From positions 1-34,635 of the forward strand of contig CAZDZV010000014.1 of NCBI GenBank assembly GCA_964510025.1: 34,635 nt of DNA. The letters are read 5' to 3'. Under the pieces are notes generated by a model. The model made no database searches. It was not told the DNA's origin and worked only from the letters and a program-made list of their open reading frames with translations. Position numbers and translations under genes: made by a program. Positions 19,196 through 27,700 of this stretch are shown here, in pieces. Position 1 is the stretch's first letter; the number at the start of each line of letters is the position of its first letter. The DNA is from an uncultured Methanosarcinales archaeon (GTDB taxonomy: Archaea > Nanobdellota > Nanobdellia > Woesearchaeales > DATDXC01).

Positions 19196-20247
19196 TGATG
19201 AATTGGCCATATCTTATTAACAGCCTTCCTCAGCTGGCGATTGCTATTATGTCTGCCATGGTGCTTTGGCGCCTGCTGAAGAATGAGGGTAATGAAACAT
19301 CATATCCTCTGGTTTTTATTGGCATCTTGTATTTCATTTCTGCGCTGCTTAATCTTGCATGGTTCACAGGCATTTTAGCTCCGGAATTTGTTGCCATAAA
19401 TTCTGCTTTAAGTGTGCTTCTTGCGATGCTTTTTATTTATCTTGGCTACCGGATAACAGAGAACAAAAACTGGCTCTCTATCCTTATTGTGCTGTTCATC
19501 ATATTGAACGCTGCATATTTTGTATTCCAAAATCCTCTGCTTGTTAATCTTATAGCACTATGCTCTATTCTAATCCTTTTTCTTGATCTTGAGATATTCT
19601 ACAACGGCACTGTCAAGGAGATAGGCGTTCTGGGCATAATCTTTTCCTTATTGTCCCTGCTGATTTTGCTTCTTTACGTGCTAGGTATAAATCTGCCCCT
19701 CTCAGCGCTTCCTGACTTTGCCATAGTCCTGCTGTTCCTAAAATTTAGGAGATATGAAAGCAAGACAATAAGATTCAAGAAGATATCTTCTATCCGCCTT
19801 CCTTTAAGGGTATTGAAATTCTCAGTTTTTATAACCATTCTCTCTGTTTTTTTGATGTTCGGTACATTGGCCCTGCATGAGATAGGCCATGCGCTTCCTG
19901 CCAGGTTCTATGGTTGCAGCTACAAGTCTGTCATCTATCAGTCCGGGCATCTGCCCCATACAGAGATAGAATGCCCTGCTGAAGCTAACAGGACAGTCAT
20001 GTTGTTGGGAGCTATAACTTTGACCAGCTTAATTGCGCTGCTTTTTTTTATGACTGGGGATAGGTTCATAGCAGCTGTATCCTTCCTGATCTTTGCTTTT
20101 GGGATTATAATAGCAAATAACGACTTCATTGCCCTTGATATATCCCACAGCCTGCTCTTCCTCCTGGACGCCTTTGCAGCTATAGTCATCATTACAGGAA
20201 TATCAAGGATAATCATGATATACTCTGGAAGATCAGCTGGACACTAG
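19192..20247 (+). CDS. Multi-pass membrane protein with C-terminal M50-like zinc metallopeptidase domain
   Basis: About 11 TM segments, LHEIGH (HExxH) at the end of a helix and a downstream NNDF. Confidence 0.6.
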   Translation: MMMNWPYLINSLPQLAIAIMSAMVLWRLLKNEGNETSYPLVFIGILYFISALLNLAWFTGILAPEFVAINSALSVLLAMLFIYLGYRITENKNWLSILIVLFIILNAAYFVFQNPLLVNLIALCSILILFLDLEIFYNGTVKEIGVLGIIFSLLSLLILLLYVLGINLPLSALPDFAIVLLFLKFRRYESKTIRFKKISSIRLPLRVLKFSVFITILSVFLMFGTLALHEIGHALPARFYGCSYKSVIYQSGHLPHTEIECPAEANRTVMLLGAITLTSLIALLFFMTGDRFIAAVSFLIFAFGIIIANNDFIALDISHSLLFLLDAFAAIVIITGISRIIMIYSGRSAGH

Positions 20248-21213
20248 GGCATCAATTCTTTCCATGATGCCTTTGCTTTTAATGGATAATAGCTGCTTGC
20301 TCTCTTCTATGGCATTTTGTATGGCATCCATATCATGTATAGACCTGAGATAAAGATGGTTATACTCCTTTACAAAAGCGTAGAAATAGCTGTCCAGCAC
20401 CTGATAATAAAAATCCATAAGGCTTTTGCTAAATCGGTCATGCAGCTTCATCAGTATCTCTATCAACTTTACGGTGCCCTTTTCCCCTAAGCCTGTTATG
20501 TATGGCTCATATGGGTCTCGTTTCTGGGCATCCATCTCCTTGAAGTACTCGATAAAAGGCAAAGATCTCATCCTGATGGGATTATAAAAAGAGATTATCT
20601 GCTTCTCGGATAATGCGTTGGTTATCTTATCGAGCAGTTCCTCAAATGACTTTCTGTGTTTTTCGAGATCTACGAGCTTATCCTGGAGAAGCTTCGCCTC
20701 CACTTTGGGAGCATAAAGCTTAAGCCTGGCTATTGACAGTTTTTTTTGGAAGCTTCTATCCTTCCTGTCCATAAGCGCTGCAAACATCACATTGGAGCTG
20801 TTCCTGGTCTTATTGCAGTACCTGCTAACGTGGGTGCTGATTGTTGCCTTTGTCTTTGCGATCCTTTCTTTATACTTCTGAATGGCTTTCTGGAGTCCGC
20901 TAGGCTCTTTCTCCTCTTTTTCACCTTCTTCAGCAGTTTCTTCACCCTCTCCGCTTTTTTCCGGTTCCTCAGCTTTTTTTTTCTTCTTTTTCTGGAGCGC
21001 TTCCTGCCGCTGCTTTTCTTCATCAATCTTCTTTCGGGCAATTAGTATCTGATTAAGATAAACGCTTATCCTGTCTATCAGGACCATGACATCATTCATG
21101 CAAAGCATAATATCTTCAAGGCTTTTCTTGGAGTTTGTCTTTAGCTTTCTCTTGTCTTCTAGCAAAGAATGGATATATTCCTCTCTCAGATGCTCTGGCT
21201 TAATTTCTGGCAT
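20233..21213 (-). CDS. Hypothetical helical, highly charged cytoplasmic protein
   Basis: 326-aa ORF with a K/E low-complexity insert. Last gene of the minus-strand operon. Confidence 0.75.
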   Translation of the reverse strand: MPEIKPEHLREEYIHSLLEDKRKLKTNSKKSLEDIMLCMNDVMVLIDRISVYLNQILIARKKIDEEKQRQEALQKKKKKKAEEPEKSGEGEETAEEGEKEEKEPSGLQKAIQKYKERIAKTKATISTHVSRYCNKTRNSSNVMFAALMDRKDRSFQKKLSIARLKLYAPKVEAKLLQDKLVDLEKHRKSFEELLDKITNALSEKQIISFYNPIRMRSLPFIEYFKEMDAQKRDPYEPYITGLGEKGTVKLIEILMKLHDRFSKSLMDFYYQVLDSYFYAFVKEYNHLYLRSIHDMDAIQNAIEESKQLLSIKSKGIMERIDALVSS

Positions 21214-21215
21214 TG

Positions 21216-21872
21216 CTAGTATATCACCCCCACCAATACTCCGTTAATTTGGTTGAACCTAACTTTCGATAGGCTATATAGCTTTTCGTTGTCGCCTTTC
21301 AGGAGCGCATACCACCCATCCTCATCTGAGCCGGTTTTGATGACTCTGTGTATGATTATATCATCTCCTTTTCTGTAGGATACGATGTCCCCTGCCTGCA
21401 CATCATCACTATCAGCTGGACGCATCTCAATGCCGTTGGCGCCCTGGTCGATCACTGGATCCATGGAATCTGTATCAGCAAAGCTCGACACAAAAAGTCC
21501 GGATTTTTGGATGATCAGCTTATCTCTGTACAGAAATATCTGCTCCCTCCCTATAAGGTCCTGCGGTGAAGGGACATCTCTGGGCAGAATATCCAGCATA
21601 TCGGTCTTTTCCTTCTGAGATGCTTCAGCAATATGCCTAATCAGCAGATCCATATCCTCCCTTAATTTCTCGTTCTCTTCGTATAGGAATGAATACTTAT
21701 CTTCCAGTAGCTTGCTCTCCTCTGCCAGCTGCCTGTTGTTGGCTCTTGTCTCGTTAAGCTCTGCTTCAGCTTGGCTGAGCTGCCCCTGCAGCACAAATAC
21801 ATAAAAAAAGCTGGCAAGGAATATCGCTATCAGAATGATTCCGTTGATGAATATCAGCTTTCTTTCCATCAT
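21216..21872 (-). CDS. S26 (Sec11/SipW-type) signal peptidase domain on a coiled-coil stalk
   Basis: TM helix, coiled coil, then TDSMDP (Ser), GDIVSY, IIHRV (His) and KGDN. Confidence 0.8.
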   Translation of the reverse strand: MMERKLIFINGIILIAIFLASFFYVFVLQGQLSQAEAELNETRANNRQLAEESKLLEDKYSFLYEENEKLREDMDLLIRHIAEASQKEKTDMLDILPRDVPSPQDLIGREQIFLYRDKLIIQKSGLFVSSFADTDSMDPVIDQGANGIEMRPADSDDVQAGDIVSYRKGDDIIIHRVIKTGSDEDGWYALLKGDNEKLYSLSKVRFNQINGVLVGVIY

Positions 21873-22369
21873 CCCTTCTCAAGATTTTTTTTGAGCTCGT
21901 CGATTTTAGACTTTGCCTGGCTGCATCTGGCCATTATCTCTTCCCTTCTGGAAGGGATTGCGTCTTTCGCCATTTCGGTTATATCTATATATATCTGCCT
22001 TGCTACGCCTTCGTTTCTCATCTTTATATGATACTCCATCTCATCAAAAAGTCTGTCTATTGATCTTGTTACGTCCGCTGCATCCCTTTTTATCTCTCTT
22101 TTGGCTTCCTCCATCCCGAGACTAAAATCTGGCTCTGGCCCTGCCTTATTTGAGAGAACTATCACCATTATCCCGGCTGTAACAGAGACCAGCACGACAG
22201 CAGCGATCATGATCTTCTCGTCCCAAGCCAGCATAAAGCCCAGTGGATAAAGGATGAAACTATATATAAGATAGCCTGCCACGCCTATCAGTACGAGGCG
22301 GAATATTATCTTTGCCTTATCTTTCTTTTTGTTGTCCTTTGGACGATAGTTTTCCTCATCTTCGCTCAT
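21869..22369 (-). CDS. Two-TM protein with C-terminal helical domain
   Basis: Two hydrophobic helices. ATGA overlaps with both neighbours. Confidence 0.75.
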   Translation of the reverse strand: MSEDEENYRPKDNKKKDKAKIIFRLVLIGVAGYLIYSFILYPLGFMLAWDEKIMIAAVVLVSVTAGIMVIVLSNKAGPEPDFSLGMEEAKREIKRDAADVTRSIDRLFDEMEYHIKMRNEGVARQIYIDITEMAKDAIPSRREEIMARCSQAKSKIDELKKNLEKG

Positions 22370-24738
22370 GACTTAACCTCCGATGCTGCTGCTGCGGGCT
22401 TTGCTCCTTCTGATTTTGCTTCTCCGGCTGCTTTGCCGCTCTTTGCATCTTCAACCTTTTTCTTGTATTCTTCTACCTTCTTGTTTACATCTTCCTTCTC
22501 CTTCTTAGGGAGAGTCACGCTCTGTATCTCGATTATCCTGTCGTTGACCGAGAAATAATCCTTGTTGCCTATAGCCTCGTCAATGTCCTTGAACAGCTTG
22601 TTTATCTGGTCCATGTTCTCCTTTATCTGGTCAGGCTCCATCTTGACTTCCGGCTCCTCTTTTTTAGGGGCAGCTTCTCCGCCGCCGGAAGCTGCCTCCT
22701 CCTTCTTGAGCTTCTCCTTTGCTTTCTTGGCTGCCTCAAGCTCTGCCTTCAGCTCATCCTCGCTTACCAACTTTATCTGCAGCTTCTTGGGCTTCTTGCC
22801 CACCTTGTCCCAGACCTTCTGTATCCTTGGGGTCAGCCCGTCTAGGTATATCTTGACCATGTTGAAGTTTCCGCTCTTTATCTTGTCCTTGGCCAGCTTA
22901 AGCTCCAGCTTGAGGTCAAAGACATCCTGCTTGAGCTCCTCAAGCTGTTCAAACTCGTATTCGAGCTGTTCCACGATTGCATTGTATTTGTTGTATTCAT
23001 CAAGCTCCTCGTCCTTCAGCCTTACAACTGAATGGAAGATCGGCCTGAATGTGACATAGAAAGGCTGGCCCCTGTTCCATGATGAGTTCTGGACCATGCC
23101 TGAGCCGACCGGAGCCTTTACCAGGGCCTGGATAAATTCCTCGCCGTACTGCATCTTGATCCTGTTCAGGTCACCCTCATCCCTTGTCTTCATCTGCACC
23201 AGGGTGTTGATGTTCGCCTTGATCTCACCTACGAAATCTGAGAGGACCTGGGAGATAAGCAAGATTCCTATCCCCCACTTTCTGAACTCCCTGCAGCCCC
23301 TTTCTATCTGGGTGAACCCCTCTCCGGAGCCGCCGAACTTAGGCAGGATTCTGTGGATCTCATCGAATGCCACTATATACTTTAGGCCCCTGAACTCTTC
23401 AAGCTTTGAGTGGAATATCTGCCTTATCATGTTGGCGACGAAGGTATCATAGTTCTTTGGGTCCAGGGTGTTGGTTGTGAAGACCTGGATCTCTCCGGGC
23501 TTCATGTATTTGAAGATATCGACAATCTCCCTATGGTCTTTGATGGCCTTTATGTTTCCAGGGAATGCCCTGGCATCCTTTTTTGGGTTTAATCCGAATT
23601 TAGTGTAGAAGCTCAGGAAATTCTTGTCTGTAAGCTTCCTTAGCATGCCAGACCACTGGGCTGTTGGGTCAAATACGCATACAGCCACGCCCTTAATAAG
23701 GCATTCTTCCACAATGTCCTGGGCAGAGATGGACTTTCCGCCGCCTGTCGAGCCTGCCACAATGCTATGGACAGTCAGCCTGTCCATGTCCAAAAAGCAT
23801 TTCTTCTTTGTTTCTGCAAAGTATCCGACAAAAAGGCTCCTCTCTCCTTCCTGGGGCATCTCTTTGTAGTCTACCGTTGCATGGAATCTTTTCTTTTTCT
23901 CTTTTTGCTTTTTTATGAAAAGAAACATGAAATATGAGACTGTGCAGAAAGAAAAAACAGTCACGATTGCCCATACAGGCATGATGCCACCCACTTTTTT
24001 AGCATACAACGGCCTTTCTACCATAAAAAGGCCCTTTACAACAGCTGTATAGCCTGAATAATGTGCCTCAACAGTCAATGCATAATCGCCCATGTCGAAG
24101 CTGTTAGGCACCTCAAATTCCCTAAGCAAAGAATGCGAATTTACCATAGAAATGGTCTCAGACGCTGACCAGTTGTTGCCGTCGCTAGTTTCATTATCTT
24201 CTTCCAGCTTGTTTATTTTATGGATGAGCGTTATATTGAACTCATTATCTGCCATCAGGTTATACAAGTCAATCTTGTAGTTAAGCTTTCTTCCGTTTGG
24301 CACAAGGTCCTGAAGAAGCTTAAGCTCTATCATCAGGGTTCCCACTGGGGAGTCTTCCAGGCTCTCTATCATGATGCTTATCGGGATGAGCTCGTTTATT
24401 CCCTCAGTTACAGCAAGTGATCCATTGAAACTCCTTGGCTCATCCTTCCCATAGACTATCAACTCTATTGCCCTCTCTGAATTTCCGGGTATCACCACTA
24501 TGCTCTCGCTAAGCTCGATGAGCTCTGCCACATCACCCATGATATCAAGATATATCTCAAGATCATTGCTCTTAAGATTGGTGAACGTAATCTCCCGCTT
24601 CATTATGTCCCCTGGCTGTATCTTTTCATTTACTTCGGCTGCTGAGATCTTGTAGCTCTCCTTGGCTATCTCAGCATAGCAGATGGATGTTAAGAGCAGC
24701 AACGCCATGGCCAGCTTCGCTAGTCTGCCGGGCATCAT
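22366..24738 (-). CDS. Surface protein-ATPase fusion B: signal peptide, Ig-like ectodomain, TM, HerA/DUF87/TrwB-like ATPase, coiled-coil tail
   Basis: Walker A GSTGGGKS, VFDP, Walker B AFDEIH and REFRKWGIGILLISQ (Arg finger and Gln sensor). Confidence 0.85.
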   Translation of the reverse strand: MMPGRLAKLAMALLLLTSICYAEIAKESYKISAAEVNEKIQPGDIMKREITFTNLKSNDLEIYLDIMGDVAELIELSESIVVIPGNSERAIELIVYGKDEPRSFNGSLAVTEGINELIPISIMIESLEDSPVGTLMIELKLLQDLVPNGRKLNYKIDLYNLMADNEFNITLIHKINKLEEDNETSDGNNWSASETISMVNSHSLLREFEVPNSFDMGDYALTVEAHYSGYTAVVKGLFMVERPLYAKKVGGIMPVWAIVTVFSFCTVSYFMFLFIKKQKEKKKRFHATVDYKEMPQEGERSLFVGYFAETKKKCFLDMDRLTVHSIVAGSTGGGKSISAQDIVEECLIKGVAVCVFDPTAQWSGMLRKLTDKNFLSFYTKFGLNPKKDARAFPGNIKAIKDHREIVDIFKYMKPGEIQVFTTNTLDPKNYDTFVANMIRQIFHSKLEEFRGLKYIVAFDEIHRILPKFGGSGEGFTQIERGCREFRKWGIGILLISQVLSDFVGEIKANINTLVQMKTRDEGDLNRIKMQYGEEFIQALVKAPVGSGMVQNSSWNRGQPFYVTFRPIFHSVVRLKDEELDEYNKYNAIVEQLEYEFEQLEELKQDVFDLKLELKLAKDKIKSGNFNMVKIYLDGLTPRIQKVWDKVGKKPKKLQIKLVSEDELKAELEAAKKAKEKLKKEEAASGGGEAAPKKEEPEVKMEPDQIKENMDQINKLFKDIDEAIGNKDYFSVNDRIIEIQSVTLPKKEKEDVNKKVEEYKKKVEDAKSGKAAGEAKSEGAKPAAAASEVKS
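22369..23916. repeat. 1548-bp direct repeat, copy 1
   Basis: Matches 24741-26288 (offset 2372). Shadow ORFs in other frames also translate identically. Confidence 0.93.
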
Positions 24739-27700
24739 TTTGACTTAACCTCCGATGCTGCTGCTGCGGGCTTTGCTCCTTCTGATTTTGCTTCTCCGGC
24801 TGCTTTGCCGCTCTTTGCATCTTCAACCTTTTTCTTGTATTCTTCTACCTTCTTGTTTACATCTTCCTTCTCCTTCTTAGGGAGAGTCACGCTCTGTATC
24901 TCGATTATCCTGTCGTTGACCGAGAAATAATCCTTGTTGCCTATAGCCTCGTCAATGTCCTTGAACAGCTTGTTTATCTGGTCCATGTTCTCCTTTATCT
25001 GGTCAGGCTCCATCTTGACTTCCGGCTCCTCTTTTTTAGGGGCAGCTTCTCCGCCGCCGGAAGCTGCCTCCTCCTTCTTGAGCTTCTCCTTTGCTTTCTT
25101 GGCTGCCTCAAGCTCTGCCTTCAGCTCATCCTCGCTTACCAACTTTATCTGCAGCTTCTTGGGCTTCTTGCCCACCTTGTCCCAGACCTTCTGTATCCTT
25201 GGGGTCAGCCCGTCTAGGTATATCTTGACCATGTTGAAGTTTCCGCTCTTTATCTTGTCCTTGGCCAGCTTAAGCTCCAGCTTGAGGTCAAAGACATCCT
25301 GCTTGAGCTCCTCAAGCTGTTCAAACTCGTATTCGAGCTGTTCCACGATTGCATTGTATTTGTTGTATTCATCAAGCTCCTCGTCCTTCAGCCTTACAAC
25401 TGAATGGAAGATCGGCCTGAATGTGACATAGAAAGGCTGGCCCCTGTTCCATGATGAGTTCTGGACCATGCCTGAGCCGACCGGAGCCTTTACCAGGGCC
25501 TGGATAAATTCCTCGCCGTACTGCATCTTGATCCTGTTCAGGTCACCCTCATCCCTTGTCTTCATCTGCACCAGGGTGTTGATGTTCGCCTTGATCTCAC
25601 CTACGAAATCTGAGAGGACCTGGGAGATAAGCAAGATTCCTATCCCCCACTTTCTGAACTCCCTGCAGCCCCTTTCTATCTGGGTGAACCCCTCTCCGGA
25701 GCCGCCGAACTTAGGCAGGATTCTGTGGATCTCATCGAATGCCACTATATACTTTAGGCCCCTGAACTCTTCAAGCTTTGAGTGGAATATCTGCCTTATC
25801 ATGTTGGCGACGAAGGTATCATAGTTCTTTGGGTCCAGGGTGTTGGTTGTGAAGACCTGGATCTCTCCGGGCTTCATGTATTTGAAGATATCGACAATCT
25901 CCCTATGGTCTTTGATGGCCTTTATGTTTCCAGGGAATGCCCTGGCATCCTTTTTTGGGTTTAATCCGAATTTAGTGTAGAAGCTCAGGAAATTCTTGTC
26001 TGTAAGCTTCCTTAGCATGCCAGACCACTGGGCTGTTGGGTCAAATACGCATACAGCCACGCCCTTAATAAGGCATTCTTCCACAATGTCCTGGGCAGAG
26101 ATGGACTTTCCGCCGCCTGTCGAGCCTGCCACAATGCTATGGACAGTCAGCCTGTCCATGTCCAAAAAGCATTTCTTCTTTGTTTCTGCAAAGTATCCGA
26201 CAAAAAGGCTCCTCTCTCCTTCCTGGGGCATCTCTTTGTAGTCTACCGTTGCATGGAATCTTTTCTTTTTCTCTTTTTGCTTTTTTATTATGACCACTAT
26301 GAAGAATCCTGTAGAGAAGAGCCCGATTATGGTGGAAAGCAGCCAAACAGGAAATATGCCGAACAGGTTGTACTTGTAGAAAGGGTCCTTGATTACAAAC
26401 AAGGTGTGGGCGCTTGACTCGTAGCCTGAATATTCTGCATCCACAGACAATATATAGTCTCCGAGCTCTATATCTTTGGGTATCTGGGCGTTTCTTAGCA
26501 GCGAGATGAATGTTGGCACCACAGTGGTCTGCTCGCCCAAGTACAGTATCTTGCTCTTGTTCATGTCTGTGAGCGTGAAGTTAAGATGCACATCAAATTC
26601 AGTGTCAGTCAGCAGGTTTACTATGTCGGTCTTATATCTGAAATCATGGCCCCTAAAAGCTGATTTTTGCAATGTATCTATCTTTATTATCAGGGACTTG
26701 AGGGGGATCTTTCCCTCCTTTATGATCTGCAGCTCTATAGGTATGAATGCCTGCATATCCCCTTTTATCTTGAGCATGCCTGAATAGAATCCTGGATCGC
26801 CTGTGCCGAGCAGCCGTACAACAAGCTTTGCGCTTGCGTTTTTGGCGATGACAGCATCATCCATACTAAGGCTGACATAAGGTGTTACGCTTCCAGAAAC
26901 CTCAAATTCCAGGTAAGATGAGACCTGCTTGAAGTTGTAGATTGTCAGGGATTCCTCAACAAAAGACCCCATCCGTACTTTCTTCTTGATAGCATCTAAC
27001 GAAGTATATATGTCCATGCCTGTCGGCCTCTCCTCGACATCTGCCTGCTGGGGTGTCGGTCCGCTTCCTGGCCCTAGACCAGGCCCTAGACCAGGCCCTA
27101 GACCAGGCCCTTCTTCAGGAGGCCTGTAGCTCCCCATATCAATATTATGCTTGAGCCTTTCTCCGTCAGTTATGTTATAGGCTTCAACATATGTATTATA
27201 GCCTTCCATAACAGCTATCAGATAGTGGCTTCCAGCTGCCACAATCACCGAATAGCTTCCATTTGCATCTGACGTGGTTATTTCCCCGTGGGTGTAGATA
27301 GATACGTTAGCCAGGACAGCATCTCCGCTTGTTATGTTTCCATATATGATGGCGCTGCGTACCCCTAATACGAAAAAGGAGAAGGGCTGCTTCAGCGGGA
27401 TAAAACTGATAGTATCATTTTCGATGTCCAGGTCGCTTATGTTCAGCTCTATCCATGCGTCGTCTGTTGAATTATAGTAGTAGGCAGTGAGATAGGACTC
27501 ATTGAACTGACCTGCAATGTCAGATTCATTGTAGCTTATCGTATATGTTGCGTTTTGAAGCGCTGATATGTTTATATTTGTGGAGAACTCATAGTATTTT
27601 CCCAGGTTTAGGAATCCTGGCAAAGCAACAGAGGAAGGCTTTGCAGTATAGAGCGCTCCTGTCAGCTTGCTGTCATTCTGGCTTATGTTCAGCAGGACAT

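Noticed and set aside
22369..26288. Insertion sequence or transposon as the source of the long repeat
   Set aside because: The repeat encodes an in-frame ATPase domain. No transposase, terminal inverted repeats or target-site duplication were seen.
22366..26300. Canonical HerA DNA-repair helicase
   Set aside because: There is no N-terminal HAS barrel, the ATPase is membrane-fused, and no nurA, mre11 or rad50 is nearby.
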